A DNA stretch of 64,000 bases from Lingula anatina (lineage: Eukaryota; Animalia; Brachiopoda), in assembly GCA_051362555.1 (NCBI GenBank), contig CM120644.1:18002534-18066533 (forward strand). The letters run 5' to 3'. The translations under genes and the position numbers were made by a program. Under the pieces are notes generated by a model. The model did no database searches, had not been told where the DNA came from, and saw nothing but the letters and a program-made list of their open reading frames with translations. Positions 26,119 to 38,249 of this stretch are shown one piece after another (positions within the stretch are counted from its first letter, which is position 1; each line of letters opens with the position of its first letter).

Positions 26119-29100
26119 TTACATATTTAACGGCGCAAACTTGGGTCGATTTCTGACCGAAGTATCCGGGTATGAAGAGTACCGGCTGGCGGGCGGCCTC
26201 CTTCCGTACGTCTCCGCCACCATCCTGAGGAGATTGGCGGCGTTACCACAGCAGAGCCCCGTGTACTGGATACCAAGCTCCTTCAGTTGTTGGGCAAACT
26301 TTCCTATCTCTGTGCGACCACACTGCCATGCTCCTATATCGTAGTCGGGATTGGATGCATTTTCTAAAAGTAAAAAACATCAAGATTACGACAAGAAATT
26401 TAAATAATGCGCAGTTTCAAAGTTATATTTGGCTGGCCGAGTGATTCATTTGGTTTATTCTTTTGCATGTCGACTTCATTTGAGTCATTAAGAAACTTGG
26501 AGAACTGGTTTATATGCGTTTACGGGAATATGCGTTCGCTTCATATCAAGAGACAACTTCTTGCTTCACAAATTAGTAGTACTTTAACTAGACAAAATTG
26601 GACTTCATGAAACACCCTTAAACTTACATACAAGGCATTTACAGGGAGATATGGAGTCATGCGGGCCGACCCTAGGCCATAACAAGCCACCATGTATACT
26701 CCTTCCTCATACGCTTCTTCTGTATTAATTCTCTAGATAAATTTTTATTACAAAGTGGTGCAAAGAATGTTAGCGTACGACATATACATGTTCTATTTTT
26801 TAAAAACTTTTTTTCACCTGGATTAGAAAGAGCTTGCCACACGGGTCTCTCTGGGGTTGTCCTAAAACAGACCGGTAAACAGCAAACAGGACCCTGTAAA
26901 GAATATACGTGTACATCATAAATGGACACTTACTGGTATACTATAGGGCCCGTTCACAATGAATGTATCATTTCTTATTGGCCGTCACCTGCCGGTGATT
27001 CAATGCACACGATATTGTGATATCTACATGGTAACTGTGCAGTCAATTTCGAAATGGGACTACATGTACAATATAACACAATATACTATTTCGAAATGGT
27101 AGTTCATGCACAATATAAAAAAATATATCATATACTATTTCAAAATGGGTCTTACATGTAGGCCCCCTACAATATAACACAATATACAATTTTTGAAATG
27201 GGACTACATATACAATATAACACAATATACATGTACTAAACCTTACCTGGCAGACCTTCTTGACCTCCCTTATCAACGGTAGCATCGTCTCCGGTCCTCT
27301 ACCGCAATTTAAACCCACCGCAGCAGCACCAGCGGCCTCCAACCTCCTCACCGCTTCCGGTACTGGGACGCCATCTACAGTTACGTCCTTGTATGGAACT
27401 ATGGTAATGACTGCTGGGACACCTTGGGATGAGAAAAGCTGTGCAAAAAGAGCTTATTCTTGACGTCATACCAATGGAATGACGTCATGCCCGGCCACAT
27501 GACCCGACTGGCTAGCTGAAAACTTCCAGTACAGTGGCGAGAAATTGAAGAACATGTAATATAATCTCGCAGGGAATGGTGAGATAAAATTTTGCCAATA
27601 CTAGTTTTTGAATTTCATGGTGTGGCAAAAAAGAAAACGTAAACGGCTATAGAAAACATCCATAATTATCTATGGGTGACAATTATGGATGGAATTTATA
27701 GGGTGAAATCAAAGCTACGAAAATAATGAAAGTAATGACAGTAAACCCTGCTGTGAAATGTGCATATATGCATCACCTACCGAGTCCAGTAAATTTGAAT
27801 GGAAATAGAGAAAGGGGGGAACTATCTATGAACAAAAATTATACAATCACTATAAAATACGAGCAAGTGTTTTTTCTGTTTTACTTGTAGGCACTATGCT
27901 GGCCTATAAATAAGGATCATTTGGATCACAATCGCAAAGAATCAACAGCTTCCATGGATAATCAATCATATTATAGCAAGGAAGGTAGGATAGCAGATAG
28001 GGGATAACTTAATGGGACATCATGACGTCAAATGATCCGTTCAAGTCAAGTAGGCCTACCAATCTGAAGTGGCGGATTTAAGGGGATGTGGGGGGGGGGG
28101 GGGGTCTTGACCTCCCTTCAGTTTCTGAAAAAAAAAATCACACCAATAATCCCTCTTGATTTAGAATTTTGAATAGCTGAATCATAGTTCTAAACCGTGC
28201 CAAATGGCACCGTTCAACCACCAAAACACCAAAAATGTCCACTTAAAAAAAAGACTGGATCCCCCTTTAAATAATCCTGGATCCGCCCCTGAAGCTAAAA
28301 TAATTGTTTGTATGAACTTCAGTGGAACACTGTACCTTGGCCAAACTCTTGAATTGTCTCCAACGCCATCATGGCCTCTCCAAAATGGCGGAAGGTTTCC
28401 CCCACGATGTAGTCGGCGCCCTCTTCCACCGCCCACACCACTTGTTCCTAAACAGATGCACAGATGGTATCAGTCATAGGTTTCCCATATAAAGGTCCCA
28501 TTTCCAATGAATATATCGTCCTACGTAGATCGATCCAACTCAACGGGGACACTTGCTGAATGCAATCAGATTAACTGAATGGCACGCCTGCTTTTGTTTC
28601 CAAACGCACTCGTATAAAACATCAGCCTTTCTGTAATTTACTCAACGCCAGGAGGAGGCATGTTAACCTTTAATATGATTGCTTTCAGCGAAATTCTCCG
28701 CGGAGTTGGATCGATCTATGTAAAAACGATAATTTCATTGGGAATGGGTCGTAATTTCATCATACTTGTAGGTCAGCTTTTAAAGTTTTATTGGTACAGT
28801 GAGTAATAATAGAATGACACGTAAAACATTTTTTACGCCAAACCATTCTTAACCCATTGCCTGTCGTGACGATATTGAACATTCTCCGTTACAACATCCT
28901 TGCCTTCCAACATGTACCTTGAATATTTCCTTTACGTATGCATTAATCGTTGGGTTATCTGGGTCATAGATAGTGGAATTGGAAATGTCTCCCGCCATTA
29001 AGGTTCCCGTCTCGTCTGCTACTTCCCTCGCCATTCGAAGGGCTGTACGGTGAAGCTTCTCCACTTCATCTTCTCTGTCGATTCTTTTCAGTTTGTCTCG

Positions 29101-29780
29101 ATGACCAAAGTACTGGAAGGATGAAAACATTAAACACTGGGGCATTTAAAACAGTTACATTTGGCACCAACGGACATGTATGTCTAGGTTGATTTTCTCT
29201 AGGTGGTCGGTGATTTTCTCTAGGTACATGGTCTATGCATTTTTGCCCCTTAACTGGTTAACCCCCCCCCCCTTGGCCACCTACTTCAGAGAAGATAAAT
29301 TAGCGTAAAAGCATATGATTCGATCAATTTTTAGCATATATGACATGCTCCATTGACGCCAAAATCGCCTTTTACTTTACAGAATGAAAGTGGTAGGTTT
29401 GCGGCCTACATGTACTTTTCTGTTATTGGTATAGGTGAGTGGCCTCACCATTTTCTGGTCCCTGAATTTGTCACTGACACATTTTATGTAGGTTTTCTCT
29501 CGGATTTTTAAAAATATCTTAAAAGAAAATGTATAGAAAAGTGTCACTAATGTTTACAAAGAGGTGACAAAATCTCTGTTTCATGTTACCGTAACTGCCA
29601 TGACTACGTCACTTCCGGCATGAACAAGCTCCTTATGGAGTTGACGAACCACGTCCGGGTTTTCCAATACCACTTCTGGAACAGTTTCGCCATATTTCAA
29701 GTAACCTCGTCGCTCTAATTCAAGTACGTATCCCTCCGCCACGATAATACTTTCTCCAGCCTGAAGTCGCTCCACAAGCC
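26119..29780 (-). CDS. BHMT: Betaine-homocysteine S-methyltransferase-like (homocysteine S-methyltransferase family); exons 29780-29590, 29112-28918, 28447-28336, 27422-27247, 26893-26818, 26363-26119; first exon not located
   Basis: Phase-consistent GT-AG exons give [27 protein letters not shown]...PEVVLENP...HAGSDVV...MAGDISNS...[10 protein letters not shown]...VGLNCGRGP...YTGLCCGN. The Zn-binding GxNC and GxCCG cysteines are intact. Stop TAA at 26119-26121. The symbol indicates family, not orthology. Confidence 0.88.
27045..27230. repeat. Degenerate ~42-52 bp tandem repeat (x4) in BHMT-like intron
   Basis: Recurring TTT(C/T)GAAATGG...ACAATATAACACAATATAC. Confidence 0.7.
28069..28291. mobile_element. 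MITE, GTGGCGGAT...GGATCCGCCCCTG type
   Basis: Termini and poly-G tract as in 48902-49029; TSD not clear. Confidence 0.6.
28492..28750. mobile_element. MITE related to the GATCGATC family
   Basis: Inverted CCCATTTCCAATGAA...TAGATCGATCCAACTC / GAGTTGGATCGATCTA...TTCATTGGGAATGGG; similar right end at ~44270-44327. Confidence 0.7.
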
Positions 29781-30501
29781 CTTATCACGAAAAAAATCGA
29801 ATTATGCTTTTAAACGGTGATTAAGATTGACTTATGGCGTACATATGGTGATCAAAGCATAGAATGGGAAAAACTGAGGCATTTTTCTTAGTAAATTCAA
29901 ATTATATACCTTAGCAAATTGAAGACTGCAGAAAATTTGCTGCAAACTGTAAGAACAACGTAGGTTTTGTTGCGGGATTCCGAAAAGATACATGTATTCA
30001 GGTTCTTGCAAATTCACTTAGATTTCATTTGCGTGGTTAAAGTCCTTCTTGCAAATTTGCACGTGACCTCGCAAGAAGCATATAAGTTATGTGTGCATAT
30101 GTAATAACCAATTTAAAATTACAACAAATCAACCGAAGGGTCAGGTTGGTTTAATACGAGTATTATAAATAGAAAATAGAACTTCCGATCTCTAAAATAA
30201 AACAATTATTGAGTTATACCAAATCATTATAACATGAGCAGATTTATTTTCAGAAACATATACAGAAAACACGTTATTTCTAAATTAACTGACAAAGGGG
30301 CGAAACATGAATACCCCAAACCTTGTGTGGCGCATTCCGTTACTGCTCGTGCATGAAATTAAAACTCTTTATCCCTTTGAAATGTCCACATAAAGTTTCG
30401 GGTGTCAATGGTTCATTGCCATCCACCATAAGTTAAAGTCCATCTCGACTTTCCAGTTTTTTCCACACACTTAATTACAATTATAAAGTTATATAAGTTA
30501 A

Positions 30502-30740
30502 CTAGAAAAGCACTCCGAGAGCGCAGACCTCCGCCAAGGCAGCGATTTTTGATTATTATTGATTGATAATTGATCCGGATCACCATCAAAAACTTATCAT
30601 CTCTTCCTTGGCCCACTTCTGACAGTTCCTGAAAATTTCATCAAAATCGGTCCATAACTTTTTGATTTATGTTGATGACAGACAAACAAACAAACAGACA
30701 AACATGGGTGAAAAGATAATCTCCTTGGCGGAGGTCATAA
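30502..30740 (-). mobile_element. Non-autonomous Helentron/HINE (CvA/pearl-like) element with one core unit
   Basis: Subterminal inverted repeat CTCCGCCAAGG/CCTTGGCGGAG, ACAA microsatellite, terminal hairpin GCGCTCT..GAGTGC and CTAG end. Reverse complement of the element at 35712-36245. Confidence 0.75.
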
Positions 30741-31891
30741 TTTTCATACGTGGAAAAGCTAAGTTATATATTATGACCGTCAACCACAACCATAACAGTC
30801 AAGAATAAGAAGAAAAAACATCCGCTTAGCTTGTACACGAACTAACTGATATTTACCCCGTATTGTATGGAACACATTGCCAACAACATGTTTGTAGTCT
30901 ATGTACATGTACGCACATGTAGCTGGCGGCAAGGAGTTTCTGTTGAAACTCCTTGCTGACGGAAACATTGAACACTATTATGAAACCTTTAAAACAGTGA
31001 GGATAATAGGGATACTGATACCTTTCTTTGCTCGTCTATCGGCCATGGTCGCCTTCAAATACCAGGGGTATACGGACAGACTAGTTCCGCAGTCCAGGCC
31101 AGGTTATGGAGTATTTCACCCTGCCAGATAAAGTCTTAACTGCCGCGGATAAGGAAAACTTGCCCCCGTCTGTGGTCTATATGCATGTAGGTTATCAGCC
31201 ATGTTCCTCGTGACCGCGTTTTAGCACTCCGATTTAGGTTATTTGTATGCAAGTAAACGTACAAGTATGTTCTTCCACTGAAGTAAATAAACTTGTAAAA
31301 AAAAATACTAACACAAACTAAGAACAAACGTTCGAGTATATATAATTATGCTATATATTTATTTTCCTCTCGTCTCTCTTTCTTGTAACCATACACTATG
31401 TTCATGCTTTTGCGTGTCTGAAACAAGGAGCGACGTGTACTACTTGTATCACCCCTGTATGTCGGCCAATTTGTGATCACGTTCGAGAAAGCGACTGATA
31501 TATGGACAACGTATGCATCTTCATGTACACTAACGCACACGGGAACACGCTTTAATGGCATCAATATCGATACATGAGACTGCATTGTTTAAGTTTTTCT
31601 TCACTTTGGAAATGCTTTTTTATACCAATCAAAACGGACCCTCATGCACATGCTCCCTCTACCGTCAGAACTCTAAACTTGTTCGTCTCTCCTCCAGCAA
31701 AGTCTACATATTTAAACACGATTATACCAAACATTTTATCTATCTCAGTACAGAAACGTACACATGCCAGTATATACCAGCTATTTTTAAGTTCACATAT
31801 TGCACTACTAGTACATGAAAAATGACAAATACACCATACGTCCTATCACTATAAAATGATTAAAATCTTACTCAAGCCAAAGATCACGCGG

Positions 31892-32319
31892 TCTCCCTGT
31901 CGCACCACAGATAAACTGCCTAAAATGTCCCTTTCGCACCATCTCCCTGTCGCACCACAGATAAACTGCCTAAAATGTCCCTTTCGCACCATCTCCCTGT
32001 CGCACCACAGATAAACTTCTTAAAATGTCCCTTTCGCACCATCTCCCTGTCGCACCACAGATAAACTGCCTAAAATGTCCCTTTCGCACCATCTCCCTGT
32101 CGCACCACAGATAAACTGCCTAAAATGTCCCTTTCGCACCATCTCCCTGTCGCACCACAGATAAACTTCTTAAAATGTCCCTTTCGCACCATCTCCCTGT
32201 CGCACCACAGATAAACTTCTTAAAATGTCCCTTTCGCACCATCTCCCTGTCGCACCACAGATAAACTGCCTAAAATGTCCCTTTCGCACCATCTCCCTGT
32301 CGCATCACAGATAAACTGC
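31892..32319. repeat. 50-bp minisatellite, ~8.5 copies
   Basis: Unit TCTCCCTGTCGCACCACAGATAAACT(GCC/TCT)TAAAATGTCCCTTTCGCACCA, head to tail with no spacers. Confidence 0.97.
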
Positions 32320-32526
32320 TGAAAATAATGTCCATTACAGAATAATTTTGTACATAATTTCGAAAAGCAACTACTAACATGTACATTTACTGTATAAAGA
32401 GATTCTGTTAATCTCGCTTGCTTATGAGCATTATATTCCTGGTCCATAATAAAGCCGGGTACATTCTGTATATCTAAATACACAAACAGCCGAAATAAAT
32501 TCTTGTACACGTATAGTCTTAGTCTT

Positions 32527-33713
32527 TCATACTGGAAAAGCTCCAGTACAAGCTAATGCAAAAACGCTCCCAAATTTGGGTAATATCAAGTTTTCTTTCG
32601 TGTACATCATTTGGATTGGTTTATCCTTTATAAAATTAACTACGTCTTTGTTCCTTTCCTTAATCTCATTCCAAGGAGTATAGTCGACGTTTATAATCAT
32701 AGAAACCTTGGAACCTTTTGGAATCGATTCTATGAGTGCTTTCAGTAGCAGCACAAACGCAGACGGGTTATCAGCATAAAGCGGTGATATGGAATAAGCT
32801 TCTGGCGCGTCTTGCACCTGACCGTATCCCACGACCTCACCGCCATCTGTGAGAGCAGCGAAAGAAACGGCTGATGGCTTCGCCAGCCAAACTTTCAAAA
32901 ATTTTCTCCGCTGAAACATGTTGATAGAAGTATCATAGGCGAGTAAGGCCTCGAAGTCGACTTCACTCGTGGGAACAACCTTCACTGAAGCCGTCTCTTG
33001 TTGCTTGTCAACGTGCAAGGTCCCCACATCCAGGCGGCAGTCACAGCGGTACAAGTTCCCGCCCCCGTTCTTCATGCCGACCTTCAAGTTCGGCTCAACT
33101 CGTTCAGGAAGTGCCCAAACTACTATATTTCTGTCCCCAGCAATCTTCAGGGTGGCCTCTGCTAGTTTCTTTGCTAAAATAAATAAATTAATTAATTAAT
33201 ACCGACAGATACTGAATTTGAAAGTAAACAACACGCTTTAACCATATCTCCATTTTATTTTTTTCTTGCACTTAATATTTATATAAAACCAAAACTCGAT
33301 AGTGTGAATTATTGAGAGCAAGTCATATAGCGGTTCACACGCTGAAGGATATTATGGAAAAATAATTATAAAGACTTGTTCCGCGAGACCTTTCACGGAC
33401 AGTTACATAAAACGATATACTTTATACAATTAGGTTATTTACTTACCTATTCCTTTTCCTCTGTGTTCTTTGGCCACAATCAGGAAGTCAAACATGGCCG
33501 TCTTCTCGTCCAAAATGATGACGAATCGTGAACCTACGGGAACGAAAGGTAAAGGTTAAGCATCACTCTGTTATATAAGCCACTGGTCAGAATTAAACAC
33601 ATACTGGGACACAGGCAAAGCAATTTCTCTACTATTTCAGGCAAGGAACTGCTTAAAGGGATGTTTGTCGTTAAAAATACTTTAAAAGGGGTCAAAAACT
33701 TAAGTACTATACA

Positions 33714-33796
<83 letters not shown>

Positions 33797-34468
33797 ATTA
33801 CTCCTGCAAGTCTCAAAATGTATCAGATTTACCGAAGATATGAAAATCCATTACTTCTTCGATTATAGTTATGCACAATTTGATAAATGATTATTACAAA
33901 CAGATATTACAATAGGCCGTAATTAAATACTTACTAGTATTTTAATCAATGCATGGGTTTCAAGCACACTGTCTTTCTAATCATTTATTCTTTAAATTTA
34001 TTTGGGAAACATAAGCTAATTCTTTTTTAGAACCCTCAACTTCATACAAATTTACAACGTTCAAAGTCGTGGGCGTATCAACACCCAATATTACTAAAAT
34101 CTTTATCACAGAAAGCCATATTCTAGCCCACATCCCGCCATATACTTTGCGTACAACTGACAGCAATACGGCCGAACGAGAACTGCAGCTAAGCAGCCAC
34201 CAGTTTGTATACAGCTATTTATCGGCATATATCGATCAACGACGGATGCAATTCAATCCATGCAGGGTTTTATCTCACCAATTATTTTCCCATGTAGATC
34301 AGCTACAACATAGTGGCCGTCTTCCACAATATTAAACAGCGCGGTAAACAGCTCTTTGGAAACAATCCAACCAATTTCAATGGTCAAAGCAAATAGTGCC
34401 TCTAGGTCTGCTCCAGTCGCGGGGCGAATGATAACATCACTCGCTCCTCCTGTGGAGGAGGAAGACAT
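32527..34468 (-). CDS. Two-domain GNAT acetyltransferase (YitH/HolE, holothin acyltransferase-like), 307 aa; exons 34468-34279, 33533-33447, 33173-32527
   Basis: Phase-1 GT-AG introns join cleanly. N-domain IIRPATGADL...EIGW and acetyl-CoA motif A HRGKGIAKKL; C-domain LLAYD...RRKFLKVWL...GEVVGYG...ISPLYAD, typical of the YitH/HolE-type second GNAT domain. Probable 5' UTR exon ends at 35272. Confidence 0.87.
33714..33795. repeat. (CTA)n microsatellite plus poly-A
   Basis: Directly visible, in GNAT intron. Confidence 0.93.
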
Positions 34469-35711
34469 CTCTAAGAGAAAAGAAAAAAAAATGACAATTA
34501 AATAAATTAGGTTGCTCCTTACATCAGTCAGTACCGAGCAAAAATGTTCATCAGCTTGGTAGCTGGATCATATATGATAATTATAAAACACAAGCTGAAA
34601 TACTTTCAAACCGTTTGCTTACTAGGACCCAAAATTAAAGAATAAGGACGTGAGGGGAGGGGAGGAAGGGAAGCGAGCTACCTGGCATTAATAAGCGGGT
34701 CAAGGACGCTATAGGCCTACCACTTAGCGTTTTAAAGGGTGAGTAATAACATCTACTCACATCAGTCTGATGAAGGCCTACGTCCAGGTTAGCCGTAAGC
34801 GAACGGTATGAAAGTATTTCTGCTTATAATGAGTGACTGCCAAATGTCCATATAAACACAAAGGGGACACATAGCTCTGACCATACCGCACTGTAGGAAT
34901 TTGCTGACGCGACCCGAAGGAGGGTGACCTCACACTGTAAGTGAAAATAGAATTCACATAAGAAGCGGCCTATATGTAGCATGCTACTGTATGCTCTGCC
35001 TGCATACTTGTAGTACGGCTGATAGTACTAGTAGGCCTATATAAACACATACCAGTATAATAAGATTATAGTAGAATTCAGCAGGAGTTCAGAGACACTT
35101 TAGCATATTACAAATGACAATACTTAAAAGCAAAACTGACAAATGTGCATTCTGGTATTATTCATTTGAAGTAGGCTTGAGAGTTACATTTTCTATTTAA
35201 AGACGTAAAACATACCCTGCCATATAGGCCTATAGCCTATAGTATAAATCACCAATTACATGTAGGCCTACCTTATTGTCAACGTTGTAGTCTATACGGT
35301 TGATTCTGTCACTTCTAGCTTTTTAACATGAGTAGTCAGCTACTACATTTACATGTCGCAGAATGTTTACAGGCCCCCAAGTAGGCCGAGAGAGGTCTAA
35401 GTCAGTTTTACAGATCCACTAACTCTTGTTCATTATGATTGTGTCCAGTTGATGAAATGTAAAATAACTGTTCACCGATTGCATTCATCCAAGATAAACT
35501 TCAATTTTAGACCTTGACCCGCTTGACTCGTTGCTGGTCATTGGAGTTTTTTTCTCAAGGAGTGAGGGGATTGGGGGGGGGGGGGGGGAGGGTGGTGGTG
35601 GTCGGGGGAGACGAGAGATATACAAATACAAAACAGTTGCCTCGCTTTATTGGCAAGGATTCGAAAAAAAAAAAAAAAACCTAATGTGTCTTTAATGATA
35701 TTGGTATTTTC

Positions 35712-36245
35712 TTATTACAAGGAGGTTATGTTTTCACCCGTCTGTCTGTTTGTTTGTTTGTCATCAACATAACTAAAAAATTCATGGACCGATTTTGATG
35801 AAATTTTCAGGGTAGGTGGGAAATGGGTTAACTTAGAAGTGATTAGTTTTTGTTGGTGATCCGGATCACTAACCAATCAATAATCAATAATAAAAAATCA
35901 ATCATCAACATAACTCACAAAGTTATGGACCGATTTTGATGAAAAGTTCAGGGTAGGTGAGAAATGGGTTCACTAAGAAGTGATTAGTTTTTGGTGGTGA
36001 TAAGGATCAATAATCAATCAATAATCAATAATCAAAAATCAATCATCAACATAAGTAAAAAGTTATGGACCGATTCTGATGAAATATTCAGGGTAGTTCA
36101 GAAATGGGATAACTTAGCAGAAATGGGTTAACTTAGAAGTTATTAGTTTTTAGTGGTTGTCCGGATCAATAATCAATCAATAATCAATAATAATAAAAAA
36201 AATGCTGCCTTGGCGGAGGTCTGCGCTCTTGGAGTGCTTTTCTAG
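35712..36245 (+). mobile_element. Non-autonomous Helentron/HINE-like element with three ~140-bp internal core repeats
   Basis: AAGGAGGTTATGTTTTCACCC start, GTCT/GTTT microsatellite, three CATCAACATAA...GGACCGATT...GATCA units, CCTTGGCGGAGGTCTGCGCTCT..GAGTGCTTTTCTAG end. Confidence 0.78.
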
Positions 36246-37771
36246 TTTAATATCGGACAGGGGTGTCTCGTTTTCGCGCCTCTCTCTCTCTCCCACTCTC
36301 TCAATATAGGGCCTATACAGTGGCGGATTCAGAGGGGGGTCAGGGGGGTCCTGGGTGCAATATATATCCGTCCATACTTGGGCAAGGGGTACATGTAAGC
36401 GTAAGTATGAGGCATCGATTTTATGCAGAGCACTGAGCGTAAGGAAAGGCATCACCGCCGGATTATTATTGACCATTCGTGACCAGTTTCAGTGACAGCC
36501 TCTCACCTAAAATGAACCATACCCGCTGTAATTTGCATAACAATAAGTACGTTGCTCGTCAAAGTGAGAGTTTTCGTCACGAACGGTCACTTGGAAGTTG
36601 GACAGGGTTGGGTGTAGACACAGTATGGGCATGTGGTGCAGTCAGAAGATCGACTTTTTACTAGGTGTAGAAGCAAATACATATTTGTAAGTATCACTAT
36701 TTCTTCCATTAAATGCTTAAGCAGCAGACGAATTAAATTATATTTACGACAAATACATGTTTTTATAACATGAGTCCTTGTATATGTACTACTAATAGTA
36801 GCCTATTTCCATTACACAACCACATGCGTGTCCCTCTGAATGGTAGAATTTATTGGTTACAATGCATTGGGACTCCAAAAGTACGGGATGCAGGACGCTC
36901 CCTGCTTTTCCTGGCTAGCTGAGCATGAACATCAGACAAGCCAGTAAACAATCACGCCGTTTCAATTATGAGTAGTACCCTCTCCGTTGTGATATTACGT
37001 GTATTTTGCGTATACTAATAGCCTCTCCGTTTAGTCCATAGTTGTAAACATTATTTTCTCTTTTCAGCAGCTCAACGAGATTCTGCAAAACATGCCCCTG
37101 CAAACAACCCTCCGTACCAAGCCTTCGTTTCACATCCAGGAACCGTGCATATATTATGTGAAAATTGAATAAATACTTATGAAATTCTGTTTTTTATTTT
37201 GTTATGATGTTATGATAATAACGATAAAAGTTATATGATAAGAAGAAATGAGTAATATTATTCACATTCAATTTCTGTTTAATAGCAAAATGGAACTTAT
37301 TAGTTTGTCGTCCCTCTTAGAAATAGTTTGCCTATATTTCTTAATATAGGACGGACCCATTTTCGACAGTTTCTGGTTTATGCTTCCATAATTTGGTGAC
37401 TTATTATTCACATGAATATTTCAAATTTAAAAAGAAAGAGGAAAAAAGTGAAAATATTCTGACTTAACCTAATTATGGTAAAGTCTAAATTTTCCCAACA
37501 TGTATATTTTAAAGGAATATAAGAACACACCTTTTCCCTATTCATGGAACCAAAGTGAGAAAAAAAAAGAGATATATTTTATGATTATTTTGTGTTTTGT
37601 GACCTATTTCGAATCTAACAAATTCAATAATGCACAGTAAATAATGCGAAGTTTTATTAAATTGTGGAAAAGCTAAATTTGAGAACCTTCAAATATATAG
37701 AATTGAATTGCCCCATAAGGCACCTTTGGTAAAATGGGGTCAATGCACCTGTCGCTTGTCCAATTTAATGT

Positions 37772-38249
37772 ACTCGCCCCACCTGCCACCCCTCCTCATG
37801 TTGAATGGACTCGCCCCACCTGACACCCCTTTTACGGTGGAATGGACTCGCCCCACCTGACACCCCTTTTACGGTGGAATGGACTCGCCCCACCTGACAC
37901 CCCTTTTATGGTGGAATGGACTCGTCCCACCTGACACCCCTTTTCAATGAAATGGACTCGCCCCACCTGACACCCCTTTTATGGTGGAATGGACTCGCCC
38001 CACCTGACGCCCCTTTTCAATGAAATGGACTCGCCCCACCTGACGCCCCTTTTCAATGGAATGGACTCGCCCCACCTGACGCCCCTTTTCAATGAAATGG
38101 ACTCGCCCCACCTGACGCCCCTTTTCAATGGAATGGACTCGCCCCACCTGACACCCCTTTTCAATGGAATGGACTCGCCCCACCTGACACCCCTTTTTGG
38201 TGGAATGGACTCGTCCCACCTGACACCCCTTTTCAATGGGATGGACTCA
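37772..38249. repeat. 36-37 bp GC-rich minisatellite, ~13 copies
   Basis: Unit AATGGACTCGCCCCACCTGAC(A/G)CCCCTTTT(CAATG/ACGGTG/ATGGTG)(G/A). Confidence 0.96.

Noticed and set aside
31892-38249. The 50-bp and 36-37-bp arrays as CRISPR arrays or repeat-protein genes (ORFs 37944-38324, 32220-32510)
   Set aside because: Units are head to tail without unique spacers, there are no cas genes, and the context is eukaryotic. The ORFs arise because the repeat unit lacks stops in several frames.
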